A stretch of DNA of 64,000 nucleotides from the human T2T-CHM13v2.0 reference genome, Homo sapiens. How positions within the stretch are numbered: the first letter of the stretch is position 1; every line of letters starts with the position of its first letter. This document shows, piece after piece, positions 62,827 through 64,000 of the stretch. Under the pieces are notes generated by a model, which saw only the letters and a list, made by a program, of their open reading frames with translations, searched no databases and had not been told where the DNA came from. Position numbers and translations under genes: made by a program. Where the stretch lies: the NCBI RefSeq assembly GCF_009914755.1, contig NC_060925.1; one strand, written 5' to 3'.

Positions 62827-64000
62827 AGGCCCATGTTGCTATTCCTGTGGCAAACTGATTGACATCCGTCTCCTTTACTTGAGTGAAAACTCCATGAACT
62901 CATTGCCTGACACAGAGCAGACACTTAATAAAATTGTGTTGAGTGAATGAATTAATAGATGTGCATTACATTGGTTTGTTTGGAAAGATGCTAATGAGGC
63001 CAACATCAGAAATGTAGCCCCAGCCTGGGCTCCTGTGGCTCACTCTGCTCCCTGGCTCACTCTCTAGCAGGCCTCCAGCCCGGATTGTGCTCACAGTGTG
63101 TTTCTGGGCCTGTACAGGTCGTGTTGCTGTTCAAACCCATGGAGGCTCTGCTGCCCTTCTCCTAGACTCAGACAATCAGTGAAAGGTTTTTGACAGCCAG
63201 TGTTGTACCATTATCCTCTTAACCTTTCCTTCCTCTGGAAATCTCAGAGCACCACTGAGGATACAGTGAACTCAGCACAGTCTTCATAGAGCAGTGCCTC
63301 CTGCTCAAAAGCCAGAACCAATGAAGAAGCATCTGTCACTCCGGAGGTGGGGCATCTGTCACTCAGCACATGGAAGTGGTCAACTCATAATAGCCAGCTA
63401 GCACACCTTGAGCATTTACCGTGTGTCTGACACTATTGAGAGGTGCACAATCTCATAGAATCCTCAGGACAACGCCAGGAAGTGAGCTATTTTTCCAATT
63501 TACAGATTTTTAAAAATGAGCATTAATGACATTAAGTATTTTGTTTTACATTCCTCCTTTAGTAGTGGTAGGGCAGGACTTTAACCTTATTCTTGTAAAC
63601 AGACACCTCGTTCATAACCCTTATACTATACTGTTCCCCATAAGTCATAGACAGCCATAGACTCTTAGAGCTAGCTCAGGTGAACAGTCAGCCTGTTGGG
63701 TGCCTTTAAGCAGCTCATTGGATCCCAAAAGCTTTCCAATCAGCAATACTAGGGAATGACCCAGCGTACCTGGGCACCACCCAGCCAGGTGGGTAGTTTG
63801 CATATACCTGCTAAATACAGAGAATGAAAATGTAGCACCATCATTCTGTGCATCTGTCCTGGATCTCAAATATTTTGTTTAAACTTGTGCTTGGACCTGA
63901 CTTCCATTAGAACATGGACCCCTGTGGATCCTAGTAACGTCATGCCAGGGACAAGATCAGCTGGGTAAACTATGGGCCTGAGCCAATTGGTTATGCCTAA

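Overview
Primate (almost certainly human) genomic DNA from the NMNAT2 gene (nicotinamide mononucleotide adenylyltransferase 2, chr1q25), transcribed on the minus strand. The window holds coding exon 3 (89-156), coding exon 2 (1004-1092) and the alternative first coding exon of isoform 2 (MEIQELEEIQACQGLWEVFVTLS, 11969-12038). The rest is the very long first intron; canonical exon 1 (MTETTKTH...GSFNPITKGHIQMF) lies beyond the right edge. The intron is rich in repeats: about 36 Alu-family elements, old L1/L2/MIR fragments, MaLR and ERV1 solo LTRs, and hAT DNA transposons. Nearly all ORFs in the supplied track are repeat-derived or chance. No RNA gene, CRISPR array or second protein-coding gene is supported, and I cannot demonstrate a new biological system from sequence alone. 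The best leads cluster at the alternative first exon: its 5' splice site also looks like a recursive (AG|GTGAGT) splice site followed by a stop-containing exon, two upstream AUGs overlap its start codon, the isoform lacks the catalytic motif, its upstream region has MEF2/ETS/octamer motifs, and a 24-bp perfect direct repeat flanks an unexplained 284-bp segment just inside the intron. Repeat family calls and boundaries were made by eye and are approximate.
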